NCBI GenBank assembly: GCA_048939015.1
Contig: JBHLPW010000042.1
Coordinates: 1-49,677 of the forward strand
Direction: 5' to 3'
DNA length: 49,677 bases
Origin: Promethearchaeota archaeon
GTDB taxonomy: Archaea; Asgardarchaeota; Lokiarchaeia; Sigyniarchaeales; SOKP01
Below the pieces are notes generated by a model. That model was not told the origin of the DNA, did not search any database, and saw only the letters and a program-made list of their open reading frames with translations. Below are positions 1-9,106 of this stretch, piece after piece. The first letter of the stretch is position 1, and each line of letters starts with the position of its first letter. The position numbers and the translations under genes are program-made.

Positions 1-39
1 TTAAAACTAAAAATTCTAAATTCGAGTAAGTGGAATATT

Positions 40-1143
40 ATGGAGAAAAAGGAGATTTTTAGGATAATTAAAACGCTATCATCGGCTAGAGCACCAAGTG
101 GGTTAGAGAAAGCACGTGGAGAACTTTTTAAAAAAGAATTAGAAAAGATCTCTATTAATAGGGATATTAAAGTTAATACTGATTCGCTTGGTAATTATTA
201 TATCAAATTCAATGGAAAATCTAGTAAAAAAGCTATTGCCATACTAGCACATATGGATGAAATTGGGGGGACTATTAGAAGAATAAAAAAAGAAGGTACA
301 TTAGAGTTTTCTGAAAGAGGTGGATATGAAGGAAGATGGTTAGTCTCTAAGAAAATTTCAATTTTAAATATGGAAGGAAAATGGATAAATGGTGTGATTG
401 CAGGTAGATCTGCTCATACAGCTCCACCGAAATTAAGAGAAGAAGAAAAAATTGAACCACTTCAAATGGAGATCTTTATTGGAGCTCAAGATAAACAAGA
501 GGTAATAGAGAAATTTAAAATACATGTTGGTGCTCCATTTGTATTCTCAGGAGAGTTTGGACTATTGAATGAAGCCTTTAATGATGACATTATTTCTGGA
601 TATTCAATGGATAACTTGGTTGCTTTAACCGGTTTAGTCTTATTAGCACAAAAAATATCTAACAATTTACTAAATGAGGATGGAGATCTAATAAAGCAAT
701 TTGATCTGTATATTGTTGCAACAACAAGAGAAGAAATTGGTACAGAAGGAGCACTATTTTTTGCTAGAAATAATTCTATAGATGAAATTATCGCATTAGA
801 TATTGGAATTGTTGAAGATTTACCTGGAATGGTAAGTTCAGATATAAAATTGAATGATGGACCTGTAATTGTGTGGCAAGAAGCAGGTGGATCAGGTGTT
901 TTTGACTATAAATTATGTAAAAACCTAGTGGAAGTAGCTGATCAAAATAATTTAAAATATCAAAATGGTATTTTAGAATTTTATGGTTCTGATGCAGGGA
1001 AAGCTCAAAAATGGCTGGGTATCCCTTCAGTATTAATTGGAATTCCAATCATGTATTCTCATAATGTACCAGAAATAAGTACATTAAGTGGTATCGAAGA
1101 AGCGGCTAAATTGATTTTTCAATATTTAAAAAATCAAAATTAG
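40..1143 (+). CDS. M42-family (TET-like) aminopeptidase
   Basis: Motifs APSGLE, AHMDEIG, SMDN, TREEIG, ALDIG, GSDAG and YSH match M42 metallopeptidase metal ligands. Confidence 0.85.
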   Translation: MEKKEIFRIIKTLSSARAPSGLEKARGELFKKELEKISINRDIKVNTDSLGNYYIKFNGKSSKKAIAILAHMDEIGGTIRRIKKEGTLEFSERGGYEGRWLVSKKISILNMEGKWINGVIAGRSAHTAPPKLREEEKIEPLQMEIFIGAQDKQEVIEKFKIHVGAPFVFSGEFGLLNEAFNDDIISGYSMDNLVALTGLVLLAQKISNNLLNEDGDLIKQFDLYIVATTREEIGTEGALFFARNNSIDEIIALDIGIVEDLPGMVSSDIKLNDGPVIVWQEAGGSGVFDYKLCKNLVEVADQNNLKYQNGILEFYGSDAGKAQKWLGIPSVLIGIPIMYSHNVPEISTLSGIEEAAKLIFQYLKNQN

Positions 1144-1260
1144 AAATTCCCATAATTCTTTAGATTACAAATCTGTCATCAAAGAATTTATTTATTAATT
1201 TTAATAATAATTACTATCGATTTTTTTAATAAATCTTAAAATTTTATAATCTATATTAAT

Positions 1261-2097
1261 ATGGAATTAGGGATTGGTTCAATAGCTTTTATCTATACCG
1301 CAATTAAAAAAAAGCAATTTAGCAACTCAATCGATTTATTACTTCATTCTATTGAAGATACGCTCATTTTTACTGAGAAGAACGGTCTTCGGGTATGTGA
1401 AATAATTCTAGATCCTCCCGAAATTTTATTAAGCGAAAGAAAAAGAGAAATCATCGATATATGTAGAAATTTTCCTTCTATTAAAAAACAATTTCATGCA
1501 CCTTATTCAGATTTAAGCTTATGCACTCATAATCCATGGATTGTCCAAGCAACTATTGACTGTTATGACCAATCAGCAAAATTCTGTAAACAAATTAATG
1601 CCCAAGTACTAACCATCCACCCTGGTGATGCAAAATTTCTCCATCATTATTATAATGGAATTAAAAATAGATTAATTGATTCAGTAAATATTTTATCAGA
1701 AAGAATTAAGATGCATAATCCTGCTTTAATCACATGTTTAGAGAATATGCCAAAAATGGCAGGCTTATTCCTTGAGTACAAAGAGATTACAAATTTTTTT
1801 TCTGAAGTAAAATGTAATGATATTTACTTCACATGGGACATTGGGCATTCCTGGTCTTGTGATGACAATATAGAAAGGTTATGGGGAGAAATCAATAAAA
1901 AAATTAAAAATATTCACTTAGTTGATAGTTTAGGAGAAAATTCTGACATTCATCCCGCCTTAGGAGAAGGTAATGTAAATTTTAAGCAGGTATTTGAACT
2001 TACAGAAAATTATGATTATGATGGATCAATGATAATAGAATTGCATAAACATGAAGATTTACCTAAGAGTATTGATTATGTAAAGAAATTCTTTTAA
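1261..2097 (+). CDS. Sugar phosphate isomerase/epimerase (AP endonuclease 2 TIM-barrel family)
   Basis: Motifs FHAPY, TIHPG, CLENMP, WDIGH, IHLVD, DIHPALGEG and IIE. Confidence 0.85.
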   Translation: MELGIGSIAFIYTAIKKKQFSNSIDLLLHSIEDTLIFTEKNGLRVCEIILDPPEILLSERKREIIDICRNFPSIKKQFHAPYSDLSLCTHNPWIVQATIDCYDQSAKFCKQINAQVLTIHPGDAKFLHHYYNGIKNRLIDSVNILSERIKMHNPALITCLENMPKMAGLFLEYKEITNFFSEVKCNDIYFTWDIGHSWSCDDNIERLWGEINKKIKNIHLVDSLGENSDIHPALGEGNVNFKQVFELTENYDYDGSMIIELHKHEDLPKSIDYVKKFF

Positions 2098-2135
2098 TAT
2101 AATTTTGTGGCTTAAAATTTTTGCTAAAAAAATAA

Positions 2136-2239
2136 TGGAGCCCCCGGTGGGACTTGAACCCACGACCGGCAGATTACAATTGCAGAACGGATTAAAATAT
2201 AAACCACTGTCTGCTGCTCTACCACTAAGCCACGGAGGC
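2136..2239 (-). tRNA. tRNA-Thr(UGU) with a 29-nt intron at position 32/33 (2180-2208) and encoded CCA
   Basis: The minus strand folds with acceptor GCCTCCG/CGGGGGC, U73 and CCA; D-arm GCTT-AGTGGTA-GAGC; anticodon stem GCAGA/TCTGC; T-arm GTGGG-TTCAAGT-CCCAC. Removing 2180-2208 gives the loop C-U-UGU-A-A and a 75-nt tRNA. A BHB motif forms at the junctions. Confidence 0.93.
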
Positions 2240-2396
2240 ATTTTTTCTAAAAAGCTAATTTATAAGTAACTATTATAAATTTTTAATTTTGTGGTTTTAA
2301 ACGCTCAAAAAAGTCAACACAAATAGTTAAAAGTTTATTTATCTTTTTGTTAATCAATTACTTATTTATCGTTTATTTAGAGTATCAGACTTCTGT

Positions 2397-2744
2397 TTGA
2401 GAAAAATGTTTACAAAAGAAGATGTTACTAAATTGGCGTTCAAAATTTATAAGGAGAACCAAAGTTTAGAGAAATCTGTTTGGAAACTTGCCGAATTATG
2501 TGTTACCATTAATAATAATATCAAAGATGGATATGATATCAAACCATTGGAAACTGATAATTTAATACTTTTAATAAGAGAGGATGTTAATGGACAATTG
2601 ATTCCTCCGTCAGAAGATGAAATTAGAAACGTCGCGGAAATTATATATTATGAAAATCCTAGTCGAAGCCAAATTGATTGGTATATCGCTGAAAAACAAC
2701 TTCTTTTAGAAGAAATAAAGAAACTTATTGGTCATAATAGTTAA
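2397..2744 (+). CDS. Small protein with two DUF2934-like helical repeats (start may be ATG 2406)
   Basis: Repeats KEDVTKLAFKIYKEN...VWKLAE and EDEIRNVAEIIYYEN...DWYIAE. Confidence 0.65.
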   Translation: MRKMFTKEDVTKLAFKIYKENQSLEKSVWKLAELCVTINNNIKDGYDIKPLETDNLILLIREDVNGQLIPPSEDEIRNVAEIIYYENPSRSQIDWYIAEKQLLLEEIKKLIGHNS

Positions 2745-2900
2745 TAACAGAATTTTATAGTTGAAAACAAACACAATTTCTTTTCTGTGTGAAATCATTA
2801 AACTTTTTTATAGTTCTTCAAATATTAAAGAAGGAATAGTGGGTATTATAATAAATATAATAATAATTATTTATATTAGACAGTAAAAATATTAGCTTAA

Positions 2901-5900
2901 TTGATAAAAATGCCACCAGCGAAAAAGAAAAAACCAGACGATAAGTCTCAAACCTCACTTTTCACTTTTGTAGAAAAAAAAGGCAAAGTAAAAAAAGAAA
3001 CAGCAGAAAAACCGAAAAAACTTCCGGTTGAAAAAGAAAAAGAAGAAAAACCAAAAGTAGAATCTAAACCTGCAAAAGATGAAATAGTTGAGGAACCAAC
3101 ACCCCATGTGGAAGAGATTCCAAAAGAAATACCTTCAAAAATGTTTTTTGAAGGAAATGAAAGACCATTTGGTTTAAAAGAGGGAAATATAAAATTACCA
3201 ACGGTTAAACGTGAAACGGTAACTTCAAAATATATTCGATACTTAATTGAAAAGGGAGAACTAGTGGAGGATATGGAACGAGGATTATTACTTGATGTGG
3301 ATTATGATGGTGGTCTAAATAAAGCCTATTGTAAATTTTATGATTTAGAAACCGATGATATTAAGCTTTGGGTCGATACTACAGATCATGAACCTTATTG
3401 TTTAAGTAAAAAATCCATTTCAGAATTGGAGACTATATCTGAATTAAAAGATTGTGAAGGATTTACTAGATTTGAAGAAATAGAAAAATTCGATTTATTA
3501 CTAGATAAAAAAATACCGATAACAAAAATTTTTGGTAAAACTCCATCGGATATTGGTGGTTCCGGGACCAACATCAGAAATATTTTAGGCTCAAATGATA
3601 TTAAAGCATGGGAAGCAGACATTAGATACCATCTAAACTATATTTTTGACAGACAACTTATTCCTGGTTTGATTTATAGCGTTCAAGGAGGACAAATTAA
3701 AAAATTAAGTTTTGAGGAAGGTTCCGAAGAGTCTAAAAGAATGGCAAAAGAATTACGCAATCTATTTATTGGTGAATCAAAAGAAATTCAAGAGTTTTCA
3801 GAAAAGTTTTTAGATATTTTTCTAACTCCGATTCCAGATGTGAAACGCTTAGCTATGGATATTGAGGTAAGTCTAGGATCAGAAGACTTTATTATTCCAG
3901 ATCCCCGTCAAGCAAAACAAGAAATTATTAGCATCTCATTTGTAGCTTCAGATGGATTAAAATTAGTATATGTATTAGAACGAGAAGGTTTTTCATATCG
4001 TGGATTATATAAAAAATTTCCTTCAGACGCTAAAGTATATTTCTTTAAAAGCGAGAAAGAGTTATTAATAGAAACTTTCCGTCTTCTGTGGGAATATCCC
4101 GTGATTATTACATTCAATGGTGATAATTTTGATTTAAATTATATGTTTCATAGAGCAAATCAGTTAAAAATAGACAAAGACTTGAATCCTATTCATATTA
4201 AAAGAGGTTTTGGGTTTTTATCTACATCAGATTGTGACTTAAGAAAAGGGATCCATATCGATCTATTTAATTTCTTCTTTAATAGGAGTATTTCAGGATA
4301 TGCATTTGGAGGCGCATATGAAAGTAGTTCATTAAACGCAATTAGTGACGCTCTACTTGGAAAAAAAAAATATGAGCATGAAGAAGAAATACACGAGATG
4401 GAATACGATATTCTAACTTGGTATAATTTGAAGGATTCAATACTTACCTTGGAATTAACTAAATTTAATAATTCCCTTGTGTGGAACTTAATAATATTAT
4501 TATGTCGGATAACCAAGTTGCCTATTCATGAAACAGTAAGGCGCCAGATTTCAACATGGATCCAGAATATCTTTTATTTTGAACATAGAAGAAATAATTT
4601 TCTTATTCCTCGAAGATCTGAAATAAAAGAATTAAAAACAGGGGGATATTCAAAAGCTGTTATTGAAGGAAAAACATTTGCAGGAGCCTATGTTGTTCCA
4701 CCAGTTCCAGGTATTCATTTCGATGTAGTGGTTATGGATTTTGCTTGTTTTTCGGATGACACAGAAATTTTATCTAAAAATGGATGGATGGTGTATAATG
4801 ATCTTAAAAATCATAAGACCAATCATGTAAAAGTAGCTACAATCAACCCTAATGACAACCAAATTGAATTTAATCCAATAAACGAGCTATTTGAATATGA
4901 TTATGGTGGTAGGATGATAAACTTCAAACAACATGGTGTTGATATTTTAGTTACACCTAATCATCGAATGATCTATAATAAAAGAACTAATGAAAGAGAA
5001 ATAACAAATTTTGAAAATAAAATCTGTATTAAAACAGCGGATGAGTTAAAAGAAGACTATATTTATGCTATTCCATACACTGGTGAATGGAAGGGTGAAG
5101 AGTATAATATACTCATAAGTGATGCAAAATATGATCCCTCTGATTTTTTACCCTTTCTGGGATGGTTCATTACTGACGGAGGTATTTCTGGAAGAAGTGT
5201 AAATATTTATCAATCAAAGGAACAAAATTTCGAGCATATAAGAAATTCCTTAGAAAAATTAGGTTTATCATATAGTGAATATGATAGAAATAGACCTGGA
5301 AAGAAACCAGAAAAAATTTTCAGTATTCATAATGTTTCATTTAGAGATGGTTTGAAAAAATGGTTTGAAAAAAACCTTGGTAAATATGAAAGAAATAGAA
5401 TTCCAATAGAAGTATTTAAATCAAAAAAGGAAGATTTAAAATTACTTTTTGAATCAATGCTATTAGGGGATGGAAGATGGTCTGGAGATAAATGCTATAC
5501 TTTTGATAGTTTAAATCAAAATCTTGCAAATGATTTTCAAATTTTATGCTTAAAAATAGGTTATGGATGTAATATAAAAAAAGAAAATATTGTTACTAAA
5601 TTTGGAAATAAAAATTATAGAAGAACAAATTATCGATGCAGAATTTCTTATGAAAGGAAAAATATCATAAGGAAACACCATTGTAAATCATTAGATTATC
5701 AAGGAAAAGTATGGTGTGTATCGGTTAATAATGGTACAGTTATAGTTAGAAGAAAAGGAAAACCTTTTGTTTCAGGTAATAGCCTATATCCTTCTATTAT
5801 TAAGGAATATAATCTTTCTTATGAAACTGTTCAATGTCCTCACAAAGATGATGAAGATAATCTTGTTAAAGGAACTCCTTATCATATTTGTTCTAAAAAG

Positions 5901-6857
5901 ATGGGTATTTTTGCATATGTAGTGGGGTTTTTCCGAGACATAAGAGTAAAATATTTTAAACCTAAATCGGGTGATAAAAGTCTAACAGAAAAACAAAGAA
6001 GTTATTATCATACAATTCAACAAGCGCTTAAAGTGTTTATTAACGGAAGCTATGGTGTTTTTGGATCTCAGAATTTTCCTCTTTTTTGCTTACCTGTTGC
6101 TGAAAGTACAACTTCGATCGGACAATATTCCATAAAGCAAACTATTAAAAAATCAGAAGAAATTGGTGTGAAAGTCTTATATGGGGATACAGATTCTGTT
6201 TTTCTATTAAATCCTTCAAAGAATCAAATGAAAGAAATTTCAGATTGGAGTAAGGAAGAATTAGATCTTGATTTAGAAGAGGAAAAGACATATCAATTTC
6301 TTGCTCTCTCGGATAGGAAGAAAAACTATGTTGGTATTTATAAGGATACTAAATATGTGGATATAAAAGGACTTGTAGCCAAAAAGAAAAATACACCTGA
6401 TTTCATAAAGAAAGTTTTTAATGAAATGATTGAAATTTTAAAAAATATTACAACAACTGAACAGTTTCTAAAGGCAAAAGACAATATAATTGAAATTGTC
6501 AAAAGTAATCTTAAAAAAATTGGTAAACCTGATACTTTCAGATTAGATGATTATGCAATTAATATCTCATTACAAAAAGATCTTAAAAGCTATATAAAAG
6601 TTATACCTCAACATGTCAGAGCTGCAATTGAATTAAAAGAAGTAACAGGAAAAGAATTTCAGAAAGGGGAAACAATAAGCTTCATCAAGAGTAAAGGAAC
6701 AATTGGTGCTAAGGCAATTGAATTAGCCAAACTTCAAGATGTTGATACAAAAAAATACAAAGAACTTTTGATGTCTGCCTTAGAACAAGTATTAGATGCA
6801 CTAGGTATTACTTATGATGAAATTAAAGGTATTAAAAAAATGGATGCTTTCTTCTAA
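2901..6857 (+). CDS. polB: Family B DNA polymerase (PolB1 type) precursor with intein (start may be ATG 2910)
   Basis: ExoI AMDIEV, ExoII TFNGDNFD, motif A DFA|SLYPS (split by the intein), motif B KVFINGSYG, motif C YGDTDS. N-terminal YCKFYD..DTTDHEPY and AWEADIRY resemble crenarchaeal PolB1. Confidence 0.96.
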   Translation: MIKMPPAKKKKPDDKSQTSLFTFVEKKGKVKKETAEKPKKLPVEKEKEEKPKVESKPAKDEIVEEPTPHVEEIPKEIPSKMFFEGNERPFGLKEGNIKLPTVKRETVTSKYIRYLIEKGELVEDMERGLLLDVDYDGGLNKAYCKFYDLETDDIKLWVDTTDHEPYCLSKKSISELETISELKDCEGFTRFEEIEKFDLLLDKKIPITKIFGKTPSDIGGSGTNIRNILGSNDIKAWEADIRYHLNYIFDRQLIPGLIYSVQGGQIKKLSFEEGSEESKRMAKELRNLFIGESKEIQEFSEKFLDIFLTPIPDVKRLAMDIEVSLGSEDFIIPDPRQAKQEIISISFVASDGLKLVYVLEREGFSYRGLYKKFPSDAKVYFFKSEKELLIETFRLLWEYPVIITFNGDNFDLNYMFHRANQLKIDKDLNPIHIKRGFGFLSTSDCDLRKGIHIDLFNFFFNRSISGYAFGGAYESSSLNAISDALLGKKKYEHEEEIHEMEYDILTWYNLKDSILTLELTKFNNSLVWNLIILLCRITKLPIHETVRRQISTWIQNIFYFEHRRNNFLIPRRSEIKELKTGGYSKAVIEGKTFAGAYVVPPVPGIHFDVVVMDFACFSDDTEILSKNGWMVYNDLKNHKTNHVKVATINPNDNQIEFNPINELFEYDYGGRMINFKQHGVDILVTPNHRMIYNKRTNEREITNFENKICIKTADELKEDYIYAIPYTGEWKGEEYNILISDAKYDPSDFLPFLGWFITDGGISGRSVNIYQSKEQNFEHIRNSLEKLGLSYSEYDRNRPGKKPEKIFSIHNVSFRDGLKKWFEKNLGKYERNRIPIEVFKSKKEDLKLLFESMLLGDGRWSGDKCYTFDSLNQNLANDFQILCLKIGYGCNIKKENIVTKFGNKNYRRTNYRCRISYERKNIIRKHHCKSLDYQGKVWCVSVNNGTVIVRRKGKPFVSGNSLYPSIIKEYNLSYETVQCPHKDDEDNLVKGTPYHICSKKMGIFAYVVGFFRDIRVKYFKPKSGDKSLTEKQRSYYHTIQQALKVFINGSYGVFGSQNFPLFCLPVAESTTSIGQYSIKQTIKKSEEIGVKVLYGDTDSVFLLNPSKNQMKEISDWSKEELDLDLEEEKTYQFLALSDRKKNYVGIYKDTKYVDIKGLVAKKKNTPDFIKKVFNEMIEILKNITTTEQFLKAKDNIIEIVKSNLKKIGKPDTFRLDDYAINISLQKDLKSYIKVIPQHVRAAIELKEVTGKEFQKGETISFIKSKGTIGAKAIELAKLQDVDTKKYKELLMSALEQVLDALGITYDEIKGIKKMDAFF
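4746..5780 (+). mobile_element. Intein (345 aa) with LAGLIDADG homing endonuclease, in polymerase motif A
   Basis: Begins CFSDDTEIL, block B VTPNHRM, LAGLIDADG-like FLGWFITDGG and LFESMLLGDG, block F/G KVWCVSV..FVSGN followed by Ser+1. Excision restores DFASLYPS. Confidence 0.93.
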
Positions 6858-7025
6858 AACTTTTAAGAGAATTAGATTCTATTATTCCTTATTAATATCT
6901 AACATTTCTCTCCCATTTTCTATTCCCTCCACTAAAATTGGCTTAACTTCTGTTTTAATATAATTCTTTATCTCTCTGAACTAATAATAATTAAAAGAAA
7001 AAATAAGAAAAGATAAAAGTTTTAT

Positions 7026-7499
7026 TTATATAATTTTATGGCCACAAGCATCGCAGAATTCTCCCCCCTCTTTCAATGGTGTCCCACAACTTGGACAAAA
7101 CTTTTTTTCATCGGTTTGAGTAGAGATGGGTTGAATTGGTTCAGGTTCAGTAAATTCTCTGGAAGAAATGTCAGTATAGATAGTACTCCATATTTTTTGA
7201 ACAGGTAATTTATCTCCATCAGTTGGGCAAGCACATTTTACTAGCATCCAAGGTCCTGACGTTTTAGCACTTTTCACAGTAGCTACTTCCCCACATGTAT
7301 AGCAACGAAAAATTCCATTGCTAAATTGAGAAATATAAAGGTCTTTTTGTAATAAAGGGACTTTAAAAGTTCTTTCACCATGAAATGGACATCTTTGCTT
7401 TACGATAATTTTATCTCCATCAGCTTTTAAAAATGTAATAGTACCAGTTTTCCCACATTTAGGACAGCTGAAATTTTTAATATCTTCTGACTCTGTCAT
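7026..7499 (-). CDS. Multi zinc-ribbon protein
   Basis: CPKC-x21-CPFH, CYTC-x21-CPTD and a C-terminal CPSCG..CDACG ribbon. Confidence 0.75.
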   Translation of the reverse strand: MTESEDIKNFSCPKCGKTGTITFLKADGDKIIVKQRCPFHGERTFKVPLLQKDLYISQFSNGIFRCYTCGEVATVKSAKTSGPWMLVKCACPTDGDKLPVQKIWSTIYTDISSREFTEPEPIQPISTQTDEKKFCPSCGTPLKEGGEFCDACGHKII

Positions 7500-7564
7500 T
7501 AAATATCAACTTAATTTTTTATATTTAAAAACAAAACAACACTTGCTTAAATTTTTATTGTATC

Positions 7565-8647
7565 TCATAAATAAAAGAAAAACAAACCCATTCCTAAAGC
7601 ACAGAACAATGGATTTAAAATATTATCATCTATTTTAAAATTTAGAATATCAATTATTAAAAAGATAGTAGCTCCAACTAATCCAGTAATAGTGATTTTT
7701 AGAGTATTTAAGGATTGTTGTTCAAAAATCCATAAAATTAGTAAACTAATCCCGAAAGACACGATAAATCCAGATAGATAACCTATTAATGTTTTATTTG
7801 AAGATTTAGGGATATGGATTTTACCAAATTTGAGACCAAATATTGACGCTGCTCCATCACCCAAAGTTGAAATAAGAGCTATAGCAGTAAATAATCCAAA
7901 TGGTAGAAACAAAGTAGGTATAAGTGATAAAACTAAGGCAACAGGTCTAGTAAATTCATATAATTCATTTTTTTTCAAACTTTTACCTAATGTATTAAAA
8001 ATACAAGTAGGAAGCAAATGATAATAATTATTTCTATTGAAAATATGTGATAATCGAATATAATCTAAAGCGGCAAATATGATAATTCCAGTATAACCAA
8101 CCGTTAATATTAAGAAATTCCCGTATTCTGTCCCTGAGATTCCCCAAAATTGATCAGCATTCCACAAGCCTTCCCAAATATAAACAGCAAAAAGCCATAA
8201 AAAAATTATAATTACAGCTGGTAATAGATGGAATGTTTTTCTATGAATATCTGTTCTTAAGGCGTTTTTTCTATCATTAAGATTTCTTACATCCATTAAT
8301 GAAAACTGTTCCATAAATTTCTCTATAGTTCTATTATCTCTTAATTGTGGTACTTTCTTTAAGACAACGTTCCGTTGATAATATAAAATAAAAAAAACTA
8401 ACAATGGAGCATAAATACATATGATTTGAAAAGCTAATCCTTCAAACCATCTCACTTGACTTGAATCTCTTATAAAAAATAAAGGATAAACAAGACCAGC
8501 AGCAATCCATAATAAAAATATCAAAAATGAATTAGTAAAGTTATGATCTGGATAAATTTTTTTCAACTTAAGAGCATAATAGAGATGGGCAAATCCATTA
8601 CAAATATAAAAAATTGTAACTGGTATGGTGAGGAAGTTATAAACCAT
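7565..8647 (-). CDS. CTP-dependent polyprenol/diacylglycerol kinase-like membrane protein (SEC59/DGK1/VTE5 family)
   Basis: Multiple TM helices; motifs RKTFH, GDGAASIFGLKFG, KTLIG and IDDN. Confidence 0.8.
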   Translation of the reverse strand: MVYNFLTIPVTIFYICNGFAHLYYALKLKKIYPDHNFTNSFLIFLLWIAAGLVYPLFFIRDSSQVRWFEGLAFQIICIYAPLLVFFILYYQRNVVLKKVPQLRDNRTIEKFMEQFSLMDVRNLNDRKNALRTDIHRKTFHLLPAVIIIFLWLFAVYIWEGLWNADQFWGISGTEYGNFLILTVGYTGIIIFAALDYIRLSHIFNRNNYYHLLPTCIFNTLGKSLKKNELYEFTRPVALVLSLIPTLFLPFGLFTAIALISTLGDGAASIFGLKFGKIHIPKSSNKTLIGYLSGFIVSFGISLLILWIFEQQSLNTLKITITGLVGATIFLIIDILNFKIDDNILNPLFCALGMGLFFFYL

Positions 8648-8818
8648 GATATAACTAAACTATGATTTTAAAAATAGGTTTTGAAAAAAGGAATTAAAAA
8701 AAAATGGTTTGTTTATACTTTCGTTTGTTAATGTTTATACTTTTAATTTCTTAAAACAAAAATTGTTTGGTAAATTTAGCATAAAATGGTATAAATTAGA
8801 AAGTAAATAAAAATAAAA

Positions 8819-9106
8819 TTAAAGCCCTAATAATAAGATATCATCAATAGCTTTATGAAGCTTTTTTAAATTATCTTTTCCAAGTGCTTTGTCAACCTGA
8901 ACTTTCAAATCTAATGCAGTACTTAATGCTTTAAAAAATGTGTTTTGAAGAACATCGTTAAACTGAGATTTTTCTTGTTTTTTCTCTTTAAATTCGTCTA
9001 CTCGTTTAAGCATAGCGTCTTCATAATCCTTATTCGTAACTGTTCTCAGCTCAGCCAATTTACGAATTTTCATTCCATCTTTATCTTCAACGAATTCTTC
9101 AGACAT
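8819..9106 (-). CDS. Hypothetical protein, translationally coupled to tes
   Basis: 95-aa ORF whose ATG overlaps the tes stop (TAATG at 9106), with AGGAGG upstream. Confidence 0.75.
   Translation of the reverse strand: MSEEFVEDKDGMKIRKLAELRTVTNKDYEDAMLKRVDEFKEKKQEKSQFNDVLQNTFFKALSTALDLKVQVDKALGKDNLKKLHKAIDDILLLGL

Noticed and set aside
2180-2208. Alternative tRNA identities His (GUG) or Cys (GCA)
   Set aside because: His needs A33. The GCA lies in the intron segment forming the BHB helix. Only Thr(UGU) gives a normal 7-nt loop with correct BHB geometry.
2059-2241. 60-aa minus-strand ORF
   Set aside because: It is the tRNA gene read as protein.
6876-6980. 32-codon purine-rich minus-strand frame (FREIKNYIKTEVKPILVEG...)
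   Set aside because: Bounded by stops with no credible start; at most an unassignable gene remnant.
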